A stretch of DNA of 64,000 nt from an uncultured delta proteobacterium (lineage in GTDB: Bacteria > Myxococcota_A > Polyangia > Polyangiales > Polyangiaceae). A program made the translations under genes and the position numbers. Below, one piece after another: positions 9,587-24,478 of the stretch. Where the stretch lies: contig CAWAIF010000003.1 in the NCBI GenBank assembly GCA_963782055.1, positions 3,232,001-3,296,000 on the forward strand, in the 5' to 3' direction. Positions within the stretch are counted from its first letter, which is position 1, and every line of letters begins with the position of its first letter. The notes under the pieces were generated by a model. It did not search any database, had not been told where the DNA came from, and worked only from the letters and a program-made list of their open reading frames with translations.

Positions 9587-9685
9587 CCGTCCTCGGGGTC
9601 TGACTGTACGAGGCTTCGCGTCCGCGGAGAAGGGGAGAGATGCGGAAGCGCAAACCTGCTAAGAAACGGTTGAGGGACGCAACGT

Positions 9686-12457
9686 ATGCCCGAGGACGGA
9701 CGAGCCGCCCAAGACGAACGCCAACAGCCCAGCGCGCGGAACGAGCCGCAGGGTGCCGAGCCTAGCACGCAACGGGCGTCCGCCTCCGCGCAAACGGCAA
9801 GAAGCGACGCCGAGCCGCCGCCGGCTGCCCCGTGGACGGAGCTCGCCTCGCCGGAGCCGCCGCCGGCCACGCCGGCGTCCACCCTGCGCGACCGGCTCCG
9901 GGTCCCGTCCGATCGGGTGACGGTCCACACCGACCCCTTGATCCTGCCTGAACAGGCCGCCGAGACGGGGGGGCTCTTCGAGCTGGCCTCCCCCATCGCC
10001 CGGCGGGCGCTGGAGCTCGGCCTGCTGGCCCGGGAGCCCAGCTTCCACGTGTACGTGGCCGCGGACCCCGACATGCTCGTCGAGAACGACGTCGTCCACT
10101 ACGCCGAGCGGCTGGCGCGCGAGCGCGCCGCGACCGCCCCGCCGCCCCCGGACGTGGTCTACGTGCACGACTTCGACCACCCGGAGGCGCCGGTGCCGCT
10201 GGTGCTGCCCGCCGGGGTGGCCCAGCGCCTCGCCGACGCCGTGGCCGCGTGTGTGGCCACCCTGAAGGAGCAGCTCCCGGGGCTCGGGGAGTCGGAGCCG
10301 GTGCGCGAGGCCCACGCCGCGCTCGGCCGGGAGCTGGAGGCGCGCAACCGGGAGGTGCTCTCCGGCCTGGAGATCACCGCCAAGACGCTCGGCTTCGGCG
10401 TGCGGTCGGTGCAGGGCGGCGTGCAGACTTACCCCATCCTCCACGGCAAGCCGCTCACCGCCGAGCAGTTCGAGGCGCTGGACGAGACGACCAAGCGCGC
10501 CCTCGGGCAGGCGGAGCAGCGGCTCACGCAGGAGGTGGAGCGATCGGCCGAGCGGGTGCAGGAAGCTGGTGAGCGCTTCGCCGAGGCGCGCAAGCGCGCC
10601 ATGGCCGTGGCGGCGCGCGCCATCGCCGAGCAGGCCGCCGAGCCCCTGGGCGAGCTGGCGAGCCACGGGCCGGAGGTGGCGCGGTGGCTGGAGCAGGTCA
10701 AGGCCGCCCTCGTGCACGACTGGGAGGACTTCCTCGACGAGTCGGACGAGGAGGCGCACAAGACGAGCACCGCCGAGTCCGCCGACGAGGACCCGGAGTA
10801 CGCGCGGCGCCTCGGGCGCTTCCGCGTGAACCTCTTCGTGAGCCACGACGCCTCCGCGCCTCCGCCGGTCGTCTACGACACCAACCCGACCTACCCGCAC
10901 CTCTTCGGCTACCTGGAGCGTCGCATGCGCTTCGGCGCGCTGCTCACCGACTTCTCGCGCATCCGCGCGGGGTCGCTGCAGCGCGCGTCGGGCGGGGTGC
11001 TGGTGGTGCGCGCGGCCGACGTGCTGGCGGACCCCATCATCTGGGAGCGGCTCAAGCGCGTGCTGCGAGAGCGACGCATCGGCGCGGAGGACCCGCTCGG
11101 CCCGCTCGGGCTCTACGCCACCTCCTTGCGGCCGGTGCCGGCGCCCATCCGCGTGCGCGTGGTGCTGGTCGGTTCGCAGGAGCTGTACGCCGCGCTGCTC
11201 GCGAGCGACCCCGACTTCGCCTCCCTCTTCCGCGTCAAGGTGGAGGTCGAGCCGACGATCGCCCGCCGGGAAGAGGGCCTGCGCCGCCTGGACGCCTACC
11301 TGATGGCCATGGCACGCGAGCGCGAGTGGGGGCGCTTCGATCGCGGCGCGCGGGCGCGGTTGCTCGACCTCGCCACGCGCCTCGCAGGCCACCAGGAGAA
11401 GCTCGCCCTCAGCCTCTCCCCGCTGGAGGAGACGGCCGCCTTCGCGAGCGCCATCGCCACCGCGCGCGTCACCGGCGCCCACGATCCCGGCGCGCACCAG
11501 GAGGAGCAGGACGAGAGCCGCCCTCGGTTCCGCGCGTCCATCCCCCCGCCCTCCATGACCCTGGTCACCGCCGAGGACATCGAGAGCGCGTGGCGCGAGC
11601 GTCGCGACCGCGCCGGCGCCGCCGAGCGGATGCTGCGCGAGCTGACGCTGCGCGGGGAGGTGGTGCTGGATCTCGTCGGGGCGCGCGTCGGCGTCGTCAA
11701 CGGCCTGAGCGTCTTCTTCGCCGGGGACGTGGAGTTCGGCCAGCCGATGCGCATCACCGCGGTGGTCGCCCTCGGCCGGGAGGGCATCGTGGACGTGGAG
11801 CACGAGGCGCAGCTCGGCGGGGCCATCCACACCAAGGGCGTGGCCATCCTGCGCGGCTACCTCGGGCGGATGTTCGGGCAGGAGCGGCCGCTCAGCCTGC
11901 GCGCGCAGCTCGCCATCGAGCAGAGCTACGGCGAGGTGGACGGCGACAGCGCGTCGTCCAGCGAGCTCTTCGCGGTGCTGAGCTCTCTGGCGGAGCTGCC
12001 CATCGACCAGAGCGTCGGCGTCACCGGGAGCGTGAACCAGCTCGGGGAGCTGCAGGCCATCGGCGGCGTGTGCGCCAAGATCGAGGGTTTCTTCGATCTC
12101 TGCGCGGCGCGCGGCCTCACCGGCAACCAGGCGGTCATGCTGCCGCGCGCCAACGTCGCCCACCTGGTGCTGCGGCAGGACGTCGCCCGCGCCATCCAGG
12201 AGGGGACCTTCCACCTGTACGCGGTGGACGACGTCGCGCAGGGCATCGAGCTGCTCACCGGCGTGCCCGCGGGGGAGCGCGACGAGGCCGGTCGCTTCCC
12301 TGCGTCCAGCGTCTTCGGGCGGGTGGAGCGGCGCCTCATCGAGATCGCCGAGCGCCTGCGCGAGGCGGAGGGCCACGTCCGCCATCACGACGCCCGCGAC
12401 GACTCCGACGTGTCGCAGAGCGATCTTTCCGATGCAACCGACTTCCGGGTGCGGTAG
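9686..12457 (+). CDS. LonC-type Lon protease family protein (AAA-like region plus S16 peptidase)
   Basis: NPTYPHLFG, IRAGSLQRASGG, GGAIHTKG, EQSYGEVDGDSAS (Ser), TGSVNQ, IGGVCAKIEGFF (Lys). Confidence 0.9.
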   Translation: MPEDGRAAQDERQQPSARNEPQGAEPSTQRASASAQTARSDAEPPPAAPWTELASPEPPPATPASTLRDRLRVPSDRVTVHTDPLILPEQAAETGGLFELASPIARRALELGLLAREPSFHVYVAADPDMLVENDVVHYAERLARERAATAPPPPDVVYVHDFDHPEAPVPLVLPAGVAQRLADAVAACVATLKEQLPGLGESEPVREAHAALGRELEARNREVLSGLEITAKTLGFGVRSVQGGVQTYPILHGKPLTAEQFEALDETTKRALGQAEQRLTQEVERSAERVQEAGERFAEARKRAMAVAARAIAEQAAEPLGELASHGPEVARWLEQVKAALVHDWEDFLDESDEEAHKTSTAESADEDPEYARRLGRFRVNLFVSHDASAPPPVVYDTNPTYPHLFGYLERRMRFGALLTDFSRIRAGSLQRASGGVLVVRAADVLADPIIWERLKRVLRERRIGAEDPLGPLGLYATSLRPVPAPIRVRVVLVGSQELYAALLASDPDFASLFRVKVEVEPTIARREEGLRRLDAYLMAMAREREWGRFDRGARARLLDLATRLAGHQEKLALSLSPLEETAAFASAIATARVTGAHDPGAHQEEQDESRPRFRASIPPPSMTLVTAEDIESAWRERRDRAGAAERMLRELTLRGEVVLDLVGARVGVVNGLSVFFAGDVEFGQPMRITAVVALGREGIVDVEHEAQLGGAIHTKGVAILRGYLGRMFGQERPLSLRAQLAIEQSYGEVDGDSASSSELFAVLSSLAELPIDQSVGVTGSVNQLGELQAIGGVCAKIEGFFDLCAARGLTGNQAVMLPRANVAHLVLRQDVARAIQEGTFHLYAVDDVAQGIELLTGVPAGERDEAGRFPASSVFGRVERRLIEIAERLREAEGHVRHHDARDDSDVSQSDLSDATDFRVR

Positions 12458-12466
12458 GCGACGCTT

Positions 12467-14422
12467 ATGACTGTCCTGTCCCGGGGGCTCCGCGTCTTCT
12501 TTCTCGCCACCGTCGCGGCGATCGCCGCCCTCGGTCCGGGCTGCTCGTCCGACGCCCCGCCCCCCGGCGATCCCACCGCCGGCGTGCCCGACGGCTGCGA
12601 TCCGCTCGTGCCGGAGCACTGCGGCTACCCGTTCCCCAACGACTTCTGGCTGGTGGGGGAGGGCGCCTCCCGGCACATCGCCTTCGGGGCGAACACGCTG
12701 CCGCTCGTGAACCACGGCACCACGACCGCCACCATCGACCCGAACGCGCTCTCCGACCGCGACGGCTTCTCCCCCGGCGAGGAGGCGCTGACCTTCCTGC
12801 CGGGCGCGACGGTGACGGGGCTGGCCACGCCGGACACCATCGAGCGGTCGTTGCAGCCGGACTCGCCGACGGTCCTGATCGAGGCGGACACGGGCGCGCT
12901 CGTCCCGCACTGGGCAGAGCTGGATCAGTCCACCTTCCACCCCGACGACCAGGCGCTGATGATCCGACCCGTCGTGCGCCTGAAGGACGACACGCGCTAC
13001 ATCGTGGCGGTGCGCCACGTGGTCGACGCCGACGGCGCCGCCATCCCCGCGCGCCCGGCGTTCGCCGCCCTGCGAGACAAGACGCCGACGACGAGCGCGG
13101 CGCTGGAGGCGCGTCGCGATCACTTCGAGGACATCTTCGCCCGGCTCGCGGCGGCGGGCGTCGCGCGGCAGGACCTGCAGATCGCGTGGGACTACACCAC
13201 CGCGACGCGCGACAACACGACGGGCGATCTCGTAGCGATGCGCGACGCGGCGCTCGCCGCGGTGGGCGATCAGGGCCCGGAGTACACCATCACCAGCGTG
13301 GAGACCGCGCCCAACCAGTACCTGGCCGCGCGCCTGCACGGCATGATGACGGTGCCGCTCTTCTTGGACTCGCCGGACCCGGGCGACGACGTGCACATCC
13401 ACCGCGGGCCGGACGGCAAGCCGCAGCAGAACGGCACCGCGCAGTACCCCTTCCTGGTGCTGGTCCCCAAGAGCGCCACCGCCGCGAACCCGGCGGCCAT
13501 CCTGCAGAACGGGCACGGCCTGCTCGGCGCGCTCACCGAGGGCGAGGACGGCTACTTCGCCGAGATGTGCGGCACCTACAACTACGTCGGCATCGCGGTC
13601 GACTGGATCGGCATGGCGCACGACGACATCCAGACCAACATCGACGCGGCGACGGTCAACCCGCTCATCTTCAAGAGCGCGGTGGCGCGCCAGCACCAGG
13701 GCTTCGTCAACGCGCTGCTCGCCATGCGCATGATGAAGGGGCGGATGAAGGACGACCCCAACCTCCAGGACAACGGCAAGACCATCCTGGACCCGACGCA
13801 GGCCTTCTACCGCGGCGACAGCCAGGGCGGCATCTTCGGCACGACGTACATGTCCATCTCCACCGACGTGACGCGCGGCCTGCTGGGCGAGCCGGGCATG
13901 CCCTACAACCTGCTGCTCGACCGCTCCGCCGATTTCTCCGGCTACAAGCTGCTGCTCAAGGGCGCGTACCCCAACGGCCTGGACGTGCGCCTCGTCGAGG
14001 GCCTGCTCCAGATCCTCTGGGACAAGACCGAGCCCGACGGCTACGTCCCCTACCTCGCCGAGAACATGCTGCCGGGCACGCCGGCGCACCGCGTGCTCAT
14101 CGACGTGGCCATCGGGGACCACCAGGTGACGCCGCTCGGGGCGCACATCATCGCCCGGACGGTGGGCGCGAAGAACATCTCCCCGGTCAACCGCAAGGTG
14201 TACGGCATCGACGAGGCGGCGGCCCCCATCTCCGACGGCTCGGCCATGGCGGAGTACGACTTCGGCCTGCCCAAGTCGCCCATCATCAACCTGCCGCCGC
14301 ACGACGGCGAGGACCCGCACGACAAGCTCCGTTACCTGCCGCAGGCGATGCAGCAGGCGGACGACTTCTTCCGCACCGGGACCTTCGTCAATCACTGCAA
14401 CGGGCCTTGCACGGGCCAGTGA
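12467..14422 (+). CDS. Lipoprotein with alpha/beta-hydrolase domain (putative extracellular lipase/esterase)
   Basis: Lipobox LGPGC, YPFPND, DGFSP, GHGLLG oxyanion-type motif, GDSQGG nucleophile elbow, C-terminal DPH. Confidence 0.75.
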   Translation: MTVLSRGLRVFFLATVAAIAALGPGCSSDAPPPGDPTAGVPDGCDPLVPEHCGYPFPNDFWLVGEGASRHIAFGANTLPLVNHGTTTATIDPNALSDRDGFSPGEEALTFLPGATVTGLATPDTIERSLQPDSPTVLIEADTGALVPHWAELDQSTFHPDDQALMIRPVVRLKDDTRYIVAVRHVVDADGAAIPARPAFAALRDKTPTTSAALEARRDHFEDIFARLAAAGVARQDLQIAWDYTTATRDNTTGDLVAMRDAALAAVGDQGPEYTITSVETAPNQYLAARLHGMMTVPLFLDSPDPGDDVHIHRGPDGKPQQNGTAQYPFLVLVPKSATAANPAAILQNGHGLLGALTEGEDGYFAEMCGTYNYVGIAVDWIGMAHDDIQTNIDAATVNPLIFKSAVARQHQGFVNALLAMRMMKGRMKDDPNLQDNGKTILDPTQAFYRGDSQGGIFGTTYMSISTDVTRGLLGEPGMPYNLLLDRSADFSGYKLLLKGAYPNGLDVRLVEGLLQILWDKTEPDGYVPYLAENMLPGTPAHRVLIDVAIGDHQVTPLGAHIIARTVGAKNISPVNRKVYGIDEAAAPISDGSAMAEYDFGLPKSPIINLPPHDGEDPHDKLRYLPQAMQQADDFFRTGTFVNHCNGPCTGQ

Positions 14423-14449
14423 TGATGCGCCTGCTATGCTGACCGCGCG

Positions 14450-15544
14450 ATGCCCGAAGGCCTGAAGCACCTGCTGCGTCCGGAGCTGTCCGAGCTGCGC
14501 GCGTACGTGCCGGCTCATCCGGAGGGCATCCGCGTGCGGCTGGACGCCAACGAGGCGCCGCCGCTCCGCTCGCCCGCGGTGCACGAGGCGGTACGCGCGG
14601 CGCTGGCGGCGGTGCCGCTGGAGCGCTACCCCGACGCGCGCGCGCTGGAGCTGAAGGAGGCCATCGGGAAGGTGACGGGCGCCCGGCCGGAGGAGCTGCT
14701 GGTGGGCTCCGGCTCCGACGAGGTGATCGCGCTCGTGCTCACCGCCATGGCGCGCCCGCGCCCTCGAGCCCCGCAGGCGACGATGCTCACCGCCACGCCG
14801 ACCTTCGTCATGTACCGGGTGAGCGCGCGGGCCCACGGCATCAAGCCGGTGGAGGTGCCGCTGGACGCCGCGTGGGATCTGGACGTCGGGGGGATGAAGC
14901 GCGCGGTGGAGCTGCTCGCGCCCAACGTGGTGTTCATCGCCAGCCCCAACAACCCGACAGGCAACCGCATGACCCTCGCCCGCGTGGAGGCGGTGCTGGA
15001 GGCGGCGGCCGACGCGCTGGTCATCGTGGACGAGGCGTACATCGACTACGCGGGGGAGTCGCTGCGCGGGCTGCGCGCGCGCCACCCCAACCTGGGCATC
15101 CTGCGCACGGTGAGCAAGCTGGGGCTCGCGGCCCTGCGCGTCGGCTGGCTGGAGGCGGACGCCGCGCTCGTCGCCGAGCTGGACAAGGTCCGCCAGCCCT
15201 TCAACCTGAGCGCGACGAGCCAGGCCGCGGCGGCCGCGGTGCTGCGCGTGGCGTGGGGCGCCGTCCGCGAGCACGTCGGGGCGGTGTGCGCGGAGCGCGA
15301 GCGCCTGGTGGCCGAGCTGGGCCGCCTGGAGGGCGTCACGCCCTCGCCCACGTCCGCCAACTTCGTCTGGGTGGAGACGGCGCGGGAGGCGGCGCAGGTT
15401 CACGCGCAGCTGCAGGAGCGCGGGGTGCTGGTGCGCAGCTTCCACGCCGTGGGTGGCCGGCTGAAGCATCGCCTTCGCGTCACCGTCGGCACGCCGGAGC
15501 AGGACGACATCATGCTGGCGGCCCTCGCCGAGGCGGCGCGATGA
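14450..15544 (+). CDS. hisC: Histidinol-phosphate aminotransferase
   Basis: LDANE, RYPD, GSGSDE, SPNNPTG, DEAY, LRTVSKLGLAALRVG (PLP Lys), RVTVGT. Confidence 0.95.
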   Translation: MPEGLKHLLRPELSELRAYVPAHPEGIRVRLDANEAPPLRSPAVHEAVRAALAAVPLERYPDARALELKEAIGKVTGARPEELLVGSGSDEVIALVLTAMARPRPRAPQATMLTATPTFVMYRVSARAHGIKPVEVPLDAAWDLDVGGMKRAVELLAPNVVFIASPNNPTGNRMTLARVEAVLEAAADALVIVDEAYIDYAGESLRGLRARHPNLGILRTVSKLGLAALRVGWLEADAALVAELDKVRQPFNLSATSQAAAAAVLRVAWGAVREHVGAVCAERERLVAELGRLEGVTPSPTSANFVWVETAREAAQVHAQLQERGVLVRSFHAVGGRLKHRLRVTVGTPEQDDIMLAALAEAAR

Positions 15545-17130
15545 TCCGCCGCGCGCTCACGATGCTGGCCCTCGGCGCGGCGTGCGCGGGCTGCCGGGGC
15601 GCCATGCCGCCTGTGTCGCGCGTGGTGGACGGCCGCACGGTGGAGGGCCAGTTCGTGGGGGCGCGCGCGTACGCCCTCTTCCTGCGCGGCGCGGTGGCCG
15701 AGGAGTCCGGCCGCCTGGACGAGGCGATCCGCGACTACGAGGCGGTCACCGCCTGGGACACCGGCGACGCCGAGGTCTTCGCGCGCATCGCGGCGGTGCG
15801 CTGCAAGCGTGACCCTGCAGACCCGCGCGCGCGAGAGGCAGTCATCCACGCCCTCTCCATCGACCCGCAGTACGGCCCGGCGTGGGCCGCGGCCGCGGCG
15901 TGCGCCACCCCGGCGGAGGCGATGGCGGATCTACGCAAGGCTGCCGCGGCGGAGCCGGCGTCCATCCGCGTGCAGCTCTCCTTCACCGACGCGCTGGATC
16001 GCGCCGGCGCCCCGGCGGAGGCGGGCCGGCGCCTGGTCGCGCTGACGCTCGCCGAGCCGCAGAGCGGCGCCGCGTGGAGCGCGCTGGGCGCCTGGGCCGA
16101 GGCGCACGACGACGTGGCACTGGCCGCCCGCGCCTGGGCCGAGCTCGCGCGCGTCGCGCCGATGCGCCAGGCCGAGGTGGCGCGGCGCGCGGCGGCCCTG
16201 GCCGGCGAGGGACAGCTCGCGCCTGCGCGTGACGTGGCCGCGGCGCTCCTCCGCGCGCGCAGGCGGCGGGATCACGGCGGCGCCCCGCTCTCGCAGGATC
16301 TGCTCCGCCCCGTGGCGCTGCTCGCCGTGGACTCCGCCCTCGCCCGCGGGGACGGCGACGCCGCGCGCGCCTTCGCCACCGCCGGGCACCTCCGGCTGGA
16401 CGAGGTCGCGGCCCGGGCGGTCGCGCTGGGCCAGGGTGGGATCGCGCGGGCCATCGCGGGGGAGGTCGCCGCGGCGGACCCGAAGGACGCGGGCGCGCGG
16501 CTGATCCTCGCGGCCGGCGGGGATGCCTCGGCCCTCGCCGGAGACGGCGCCGGCGTCGCGTCGGCGTCGCCCTTGGCGTGCCTCGTCTTCCTGCGCGCCC
16601 TCACCCGGGGCGCGGGGGACGAAGCGGCGCGCGCGGCGTACGGCGCGCTCGCGTGCGCGCCGGTGCCGGACGACGCGGTGGCGACGCCCATCGCGGTGGA
16701 CCTCGCCGCGCGCGGCGTCCTCCCGGACGCGGCGCTGGGGCCGGCGGCGCGCGTGGAGCTGGCGCTACGGATGCAGCGCGCGGTGTCCGGCGTGGACCGC
16801 GCCAGGCTGGACGCTCGGCACCGCTTCGCCCTGCTCGCCTACGACTCGCCCGCCTCGCCGGAGGCCGCCCGCCTCGCCGCGCGCTTCGCTCGCCGCCACT
16901 CGCGCGATCCGCTGGTGCTCTCGGGGATGGTGCGCGTCGCCGCCGCGTCCGGTCACGCGCTGGGCGCCAGGGACGGGGAGGCCATCGCGCAAGCCGCGCC
17001 GAGCGATCCCATCGTCTACGCCGCGCTGGTGCAGGCCCTCACGCCGAAGCAGCCCGGCGCCGCCGCCCGCGTGCGAGCCCGCCTCGCCGCCGTCGCCGTC
17101 ACCCCCGCCGAGCGACGACTGGCGTACTGA
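15541..17130 (+). CDS. Ala-rich TPR-like lipoprotein
   Basis: ATGA overlap with the hisC stop, signal MIRRALTMLALGAACAGC, helical TPR-like repeats. Confidence 0.7.
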   Translation: MIRRALTMLALGAACAGCRGAMPPVSRVVDGRTVEGQFVGARAYALFLRGAVAEESGRLDEAIRDYEAVTAWDTGDAEVFARIAAVRCKRDPADPRAREAVIHALSIDPQYGPAWAAAAACATPAEAMADLRKAAAAEPASIRVQLSFTDALDRAGAPAEAGRRLVALTLAEPQSGAAWSALGAWAEAHDDVALAARAWAELARVAPMRQAEVARRAAALAGEGQLAPARDVAAALLRARRRRDHGGAPLSQDLLRPVALLAVDSALARGDGDAARAFATAGHLRLDEVAARAVALGQGGIARAIAGEVAAADPKDAGARLILAAGGDASALAGDGAGVASASPLACLVFLRALTRGAGDEAARAAYGALACAPVPDDAVATPIAVDLAARGVLPDAALGPAARVELALRMQRAVSGVDRARLDARHRFALLAYDSPASPEAARLAARFARRHSRDPLVLSGMVRVAAASGHALGARDGEAIAQAAPSDPIVYAALVQALTPKQPGAAARVRARLAAVAVTPAERRLAY

Positions 17131-17139
17131 GCCTCCCCC

Positions 17140-18081
17140 TCACGGGATGATGGGGGGCAGGTCCTTGCGGCGCGGCTGCGGCGCCGACTTGTCGAAGGGC
17201 ACGTTCAGGTCCACCTTCGTCACGACGCCGTTCTTCACGTCGATGTCCTCGTGGACGTCGCCCTCGATGGCGGGGTGGCGCACGCCGATGTGGAGCTTGC
17301 CCACGGGCACCCCCTCGATGCGGTAGTGCCCGGAGATGTCGGTCACCGCGTGCAGCGGCTGGCCGATGACGTACACGTCGGCGTCCATCCACTTGTGGCC
17401 GGAGCGATCGACGAGGCGGTAGCGCCCCATCACCTTGGGGTACAGGCGCACCGGGTCGCCGTTGGGCGTGGCCATCATCAGCGCGGGGAGCGGCTGGTTC
17501 TCGAAGGACGGCCCGTACAGCCCGGCGGAGGGCGCGCTCTTGTTCTGCACCTCCAGCGCCTGCCCGAAGGTGAGGTCGATCGTTCGCTCGCTGAAGGCGC
17601 AGTCCTTGATGAAGATGCGCTTGGCCTCCTTCTGCTCCGGAAGGAAGAAGCCGCTGTAGCCGGTGACGACGACCATGGCGTCGGCCAGGGCGCGCTTGCC
17701 GTCGGCCATCGGCGGGCCCTCGCGGAAGGCGTGGCCGTAGGTGTTCTTGGCCACCGGACACTTGTCGAAGTTCTTGCCCATGGCGACCGGGGCGGCCGGC
17801 CCTGTCACCGTCACCGTGCCCTCCACCACGCCCGTCGGCCCCTTGTAGGCCGGGAGATGGCGCGGGTTGACGGTCTGGTCCACCTTCAGGGTGGGCACCG
17901 GCAGCGCGTTGATGGGCGCGGAGGCGTCGTGGGCGGTTGCCAACGGAGTTGCGTCAGGCGCCGAGGCGGCCGGCGTATCGGCGGGCGAGGGCTGATCGGG
18001 CTGTGTGTGGCACGCGGCGAGCGCGATCCCGAGGGCGACGCTGCCAACGGCGATGGCAGAAAGAGGCAGCCTGGCGGTCAT
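17140..18081 (-). CDS. Lipoprotein with carboxypeptidase-regulatory-like (beta-sandwich) domain
   Basis: Lipobox LAAC, GVVEGTVTVTG, HKWM, HAVTDISGHYRIEGVPVG. ATG 18081 preferred over TTG 18099. Confidence 0.75.
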   Translation of the reverse strand: MTARLPLSAIAVGSVALGIALAACHTQPDQPSPADTPAASAPDATPLATAHDASAPINALPVPTLKVDQTVNPRHLPAYKGPTGVVEGTVTVTGPAAPVAMGKNFDKCPVAKNTYGHAFREGPPMADGKRALADAMVVVTGYSGFFLPEQKEAKRIFIKDCAFSERTIDLTFGQALEVQNKSAPSAGLYGPSFENQPLPALMMATPNGDPVRLYPKVMGRYRLVDRSGHKWMDADVYVIGQPLHAVTDISGHYRIEGVPVGKLHIGVRHPAIEGDVHEDIDVKNGVVTKVDLNVPFDKSAPQPRRKDLPPIIP

Positions 18082-18112
18082 TGCCTCCACTGTAATCAAG
18101 AACCGTGCTCGC

Positions 18113-19630
<1,518 letters not shown>

Positions 19631-19633
19631 GGC

Positions 19634-21546
<1,913 letters not shown>

Positions 21547-21547
<1 letters not shown>

Positions 21548-24417
21548 CAGTTCTGCCCCAGTTCGAGCGTGAGGGTCTTGGCCGCACGCGGGACATAGAC
21601 CGTGGTGCTCGCGGTCAACCCGTGCAGCACCTTGGAGAAGACGTTGTGAGCGCGGAGCTCGACGGGCCGCGTCGTCTCCTGCACGGCGTCGGAGTCGGGC
21701 TCCAGGTGCAGCGTCACCTGGGCGGTCGGGCCGAAGGCCTCCGGCCCGACGGGCGTCCACCTGTCACCAGGCGCGGCGCACTTGGCGTGCTCCGACCGCA
21801 GGTCCTTGGTGACCTTCTGCTCTTCGTCGGCGCGGGCGGTGCGGTCGGAGATCTTGGTGGCCTTGTCCCACTGCTCCAGCCATTGCTTCTTGTCCGGCTC
21901 GCACTGCTGCCACTGGTACTGGTAGTCGAGGTAACCGCCGGCCGTGCCGGCGCTCAGCACGACATCGGTGCCCTTGCTCGCCATCGTCGCGTCGGCGTGG
22001 GGCCAGATGAAGAACCAGCCCACGACGGCGATGCCGATCACCATGATGGCCGCGTACGCGTGCACGACCCCGTTCTGGAAGGCGCGCAGGACGGTGCCGA
22101 GCATGGCCACGATGAAGGAGGTGGCCTTGGCGAGCACGCCGTCGACGAACCACTGGTCGAACGAGGCAGCCGTGTCGGCGAGGGCGTCCACCGCAGCGAC
22201 CGCGGTGGCGTCGTAGGCATCGTCCAGGCCGATGGACTTGTAGCGCCACACCATCCCGGCGCCGAGGAGCACCAGGCCGCCGGACCAGACGTACTTGGAG
22301 GTGCTGCCGGGCGCCCAGTTGATGAGGAGCCAGGCCAGGACGCCGAGCACCGCGACCAGGATGCCGCTCATCGCCATGACGCCGCGGGTGGCGAGGCGCA
22401 GGTACTCCTTCTCGGCCGCCCCCTTCTGCATGACGTAGAAGTAGTAGGCGACGCCGGTGCCGATCGCCCAGGCCCCGAGGCCGCCCCCCATCAGGGTCCA
22501 CTCCATGCCCCCGCGGCCGTGGGCCACGCCCACCGCCCCGGTCGTGGCGTCGGCGAACACCGGCTCCAGCCAGTGGTCCAGAGGCGTGAAGTGGAACAGG
22601 CCGGCGTTGAGGACGCCGGCGAAGGCGGCCCCCGTCGCCAGGACGATGAGCGGCACCGTCATCTGCCAGGGCGACTCGTGCGGGGCGTATCCCGGCTGGG
22701 TCAGGTCCTCGTGATGCTCGTGCGCCGCCGCGTCGTCGTCGTGCGCGTGCGCCTCCTCGTCGGCCTCCGCCTCCGCCCTGGCGAGCACCGACGGGCGGCC
22801 GATGCTCCAGCCGCGGAAGTCCCCGTAGAAGGTGAGGAACAGGGAGCGGCACATGTAGAAGGCGGTGAGCACCGCCGCCAGCACGCCGGTCCAGTACACC
22901 ATAGGCCCGATCCAGGCGGGCGGGACGAAGGGCGTGTTGTGCGAGCGCTCCAGCTGCTTCATCAGCGGGTGCGAGAGCTGGTCGACGTAGGAGCGGTAGA
23001 GGATCTCGTCCTTGGAGAAGAACCCGCTGAAGGGCGGCGTGCCGATGATGGCCGCCGTCGCCACGAGGTAGGTCCAGAAGGTGTAGGGCATGTACTTCCG
23101 CAACCCGCCCATGTTGCGCATGTCCTGCGACGCGTCGTGGTCGTGGACGCGAGCGTGCATCGCGTGGATGACGCTGCCGGCGCAGAGGAAGAGGCAGCCC
23201 TTGAAGAAGGCGTGCGTCAGGACGTGGAAGAAGCCCGCGGTGAACGCCCCCACGCCCACGCCCAGGAACATGTACCCGAGCTGGGAGACCGTGGAGTAGG
23301 CGAGCACCTTTTTTATGTCGTTCTGTACGCACGCTATCGTCGCGGCGTAGAGCGCGGTGCCCGCGCCGATGATGGAGATGAGCATCATCACGAAGGGCGA
23401 CATGACGAAGACGAAGGAGAGCCGGCAGATGAGGTAGATGCCGGCCGTGACCATCGTCGCGGCGTGGATGAGCGCGCTGACCGGCGTGGGGCCGGCCATG
23501 GCGTCGGGGAGCCAGGTGTACAGCGGGATCTGCGCGCTCTTGCCGGTGCACCCGAGGAGCAGCGCCAGGCCGACCGCCGTGGCCGCGCTCACCGTGAGCG
23601 GGTGGTGCGGCTGCAGGAAGGCGAACATCCCCTCGTAGCGGCCGCCGCCGACGGGCCAGATGTGGATGCGCATCATGTCGCTGGGCGGTTCCACCAGCGA
23701 GGTCGCCCCGTTCTGGATGCCCGCCCAGTCCAGCGCGCCGGTGTAGTGCGCGAAGAGGAACATCGCGCAGAGGAGGCCGAAGTCGCCGATGCGGTTGGCG
23801 ATGAAGGCCTTCTTGCCGGCGGCGGCGTTGGGCGCGTGGTCGTACCAGAAGCCGATGAGCAGGTAGGAGCAGAGGCCCACGCCCTCCCAGCCGACGAAGA
23901 GCAGGGGGAGGTTGTCCGCCATCACCAGGACCAGCATCGAGAAGATGAACAGGTTCAGGTAGGAGAAGAAGCGCCAGAACGCCTTGTCCTCCGCCATGTA
24001 CGCCGTGGAGTACAGGTGGATGAGCGAGCCGATGCCCGTGATGATGAGCATCATCACGCTGGAGAGCGCGTCGACGCTGAACTTGACCTCGACGGGGACG
24101 TCGGTCGCGCCCGGGCCACCGTTGGTGTGCATCCAGTGCCAGACCGTCCACGTGAGGCGGACGTGATCGTGCACCATCTTGCCCGCCTCGGTGTGGGCGG
24201 TCGCGTCGATCCGGCCATCCAGGACGATGAAGGTGACCACCGCCGCGACGAAGCTCACCACCACCGTGGCCACGCCCATGACGCGCACCGCCGGCTTGCC
24301 GAGGCGCTTGCCCCAGATGCCGTTGACCAGGGCGCCGAGCAACGGCATCCCCAGGATGATGCCCATCAGGGAGAAGTCGTCCCGCGGGAAGAGGGTGGCC
24401 ATCAAGCCGGGATGCAT
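21547..24417 (-). CDS. nuoL: NADH-quinone oxidoreductase subunit L with C-terminal extension
   Basis: GWEGVGLCSYLLIGFW, KAFIANRIGD, GKSAQIPLYTWLPDAMAGPTPVSALIHAATMV, THAFFK. Alternative start at 24402. Confidence 0.96.
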
Positions 24418-24478
24418 CGGTTCATTACCTCGAGGGCGTAAGGTTCTCGGGGCTGATGCAGCGGCCCCAAGGAGAAGG

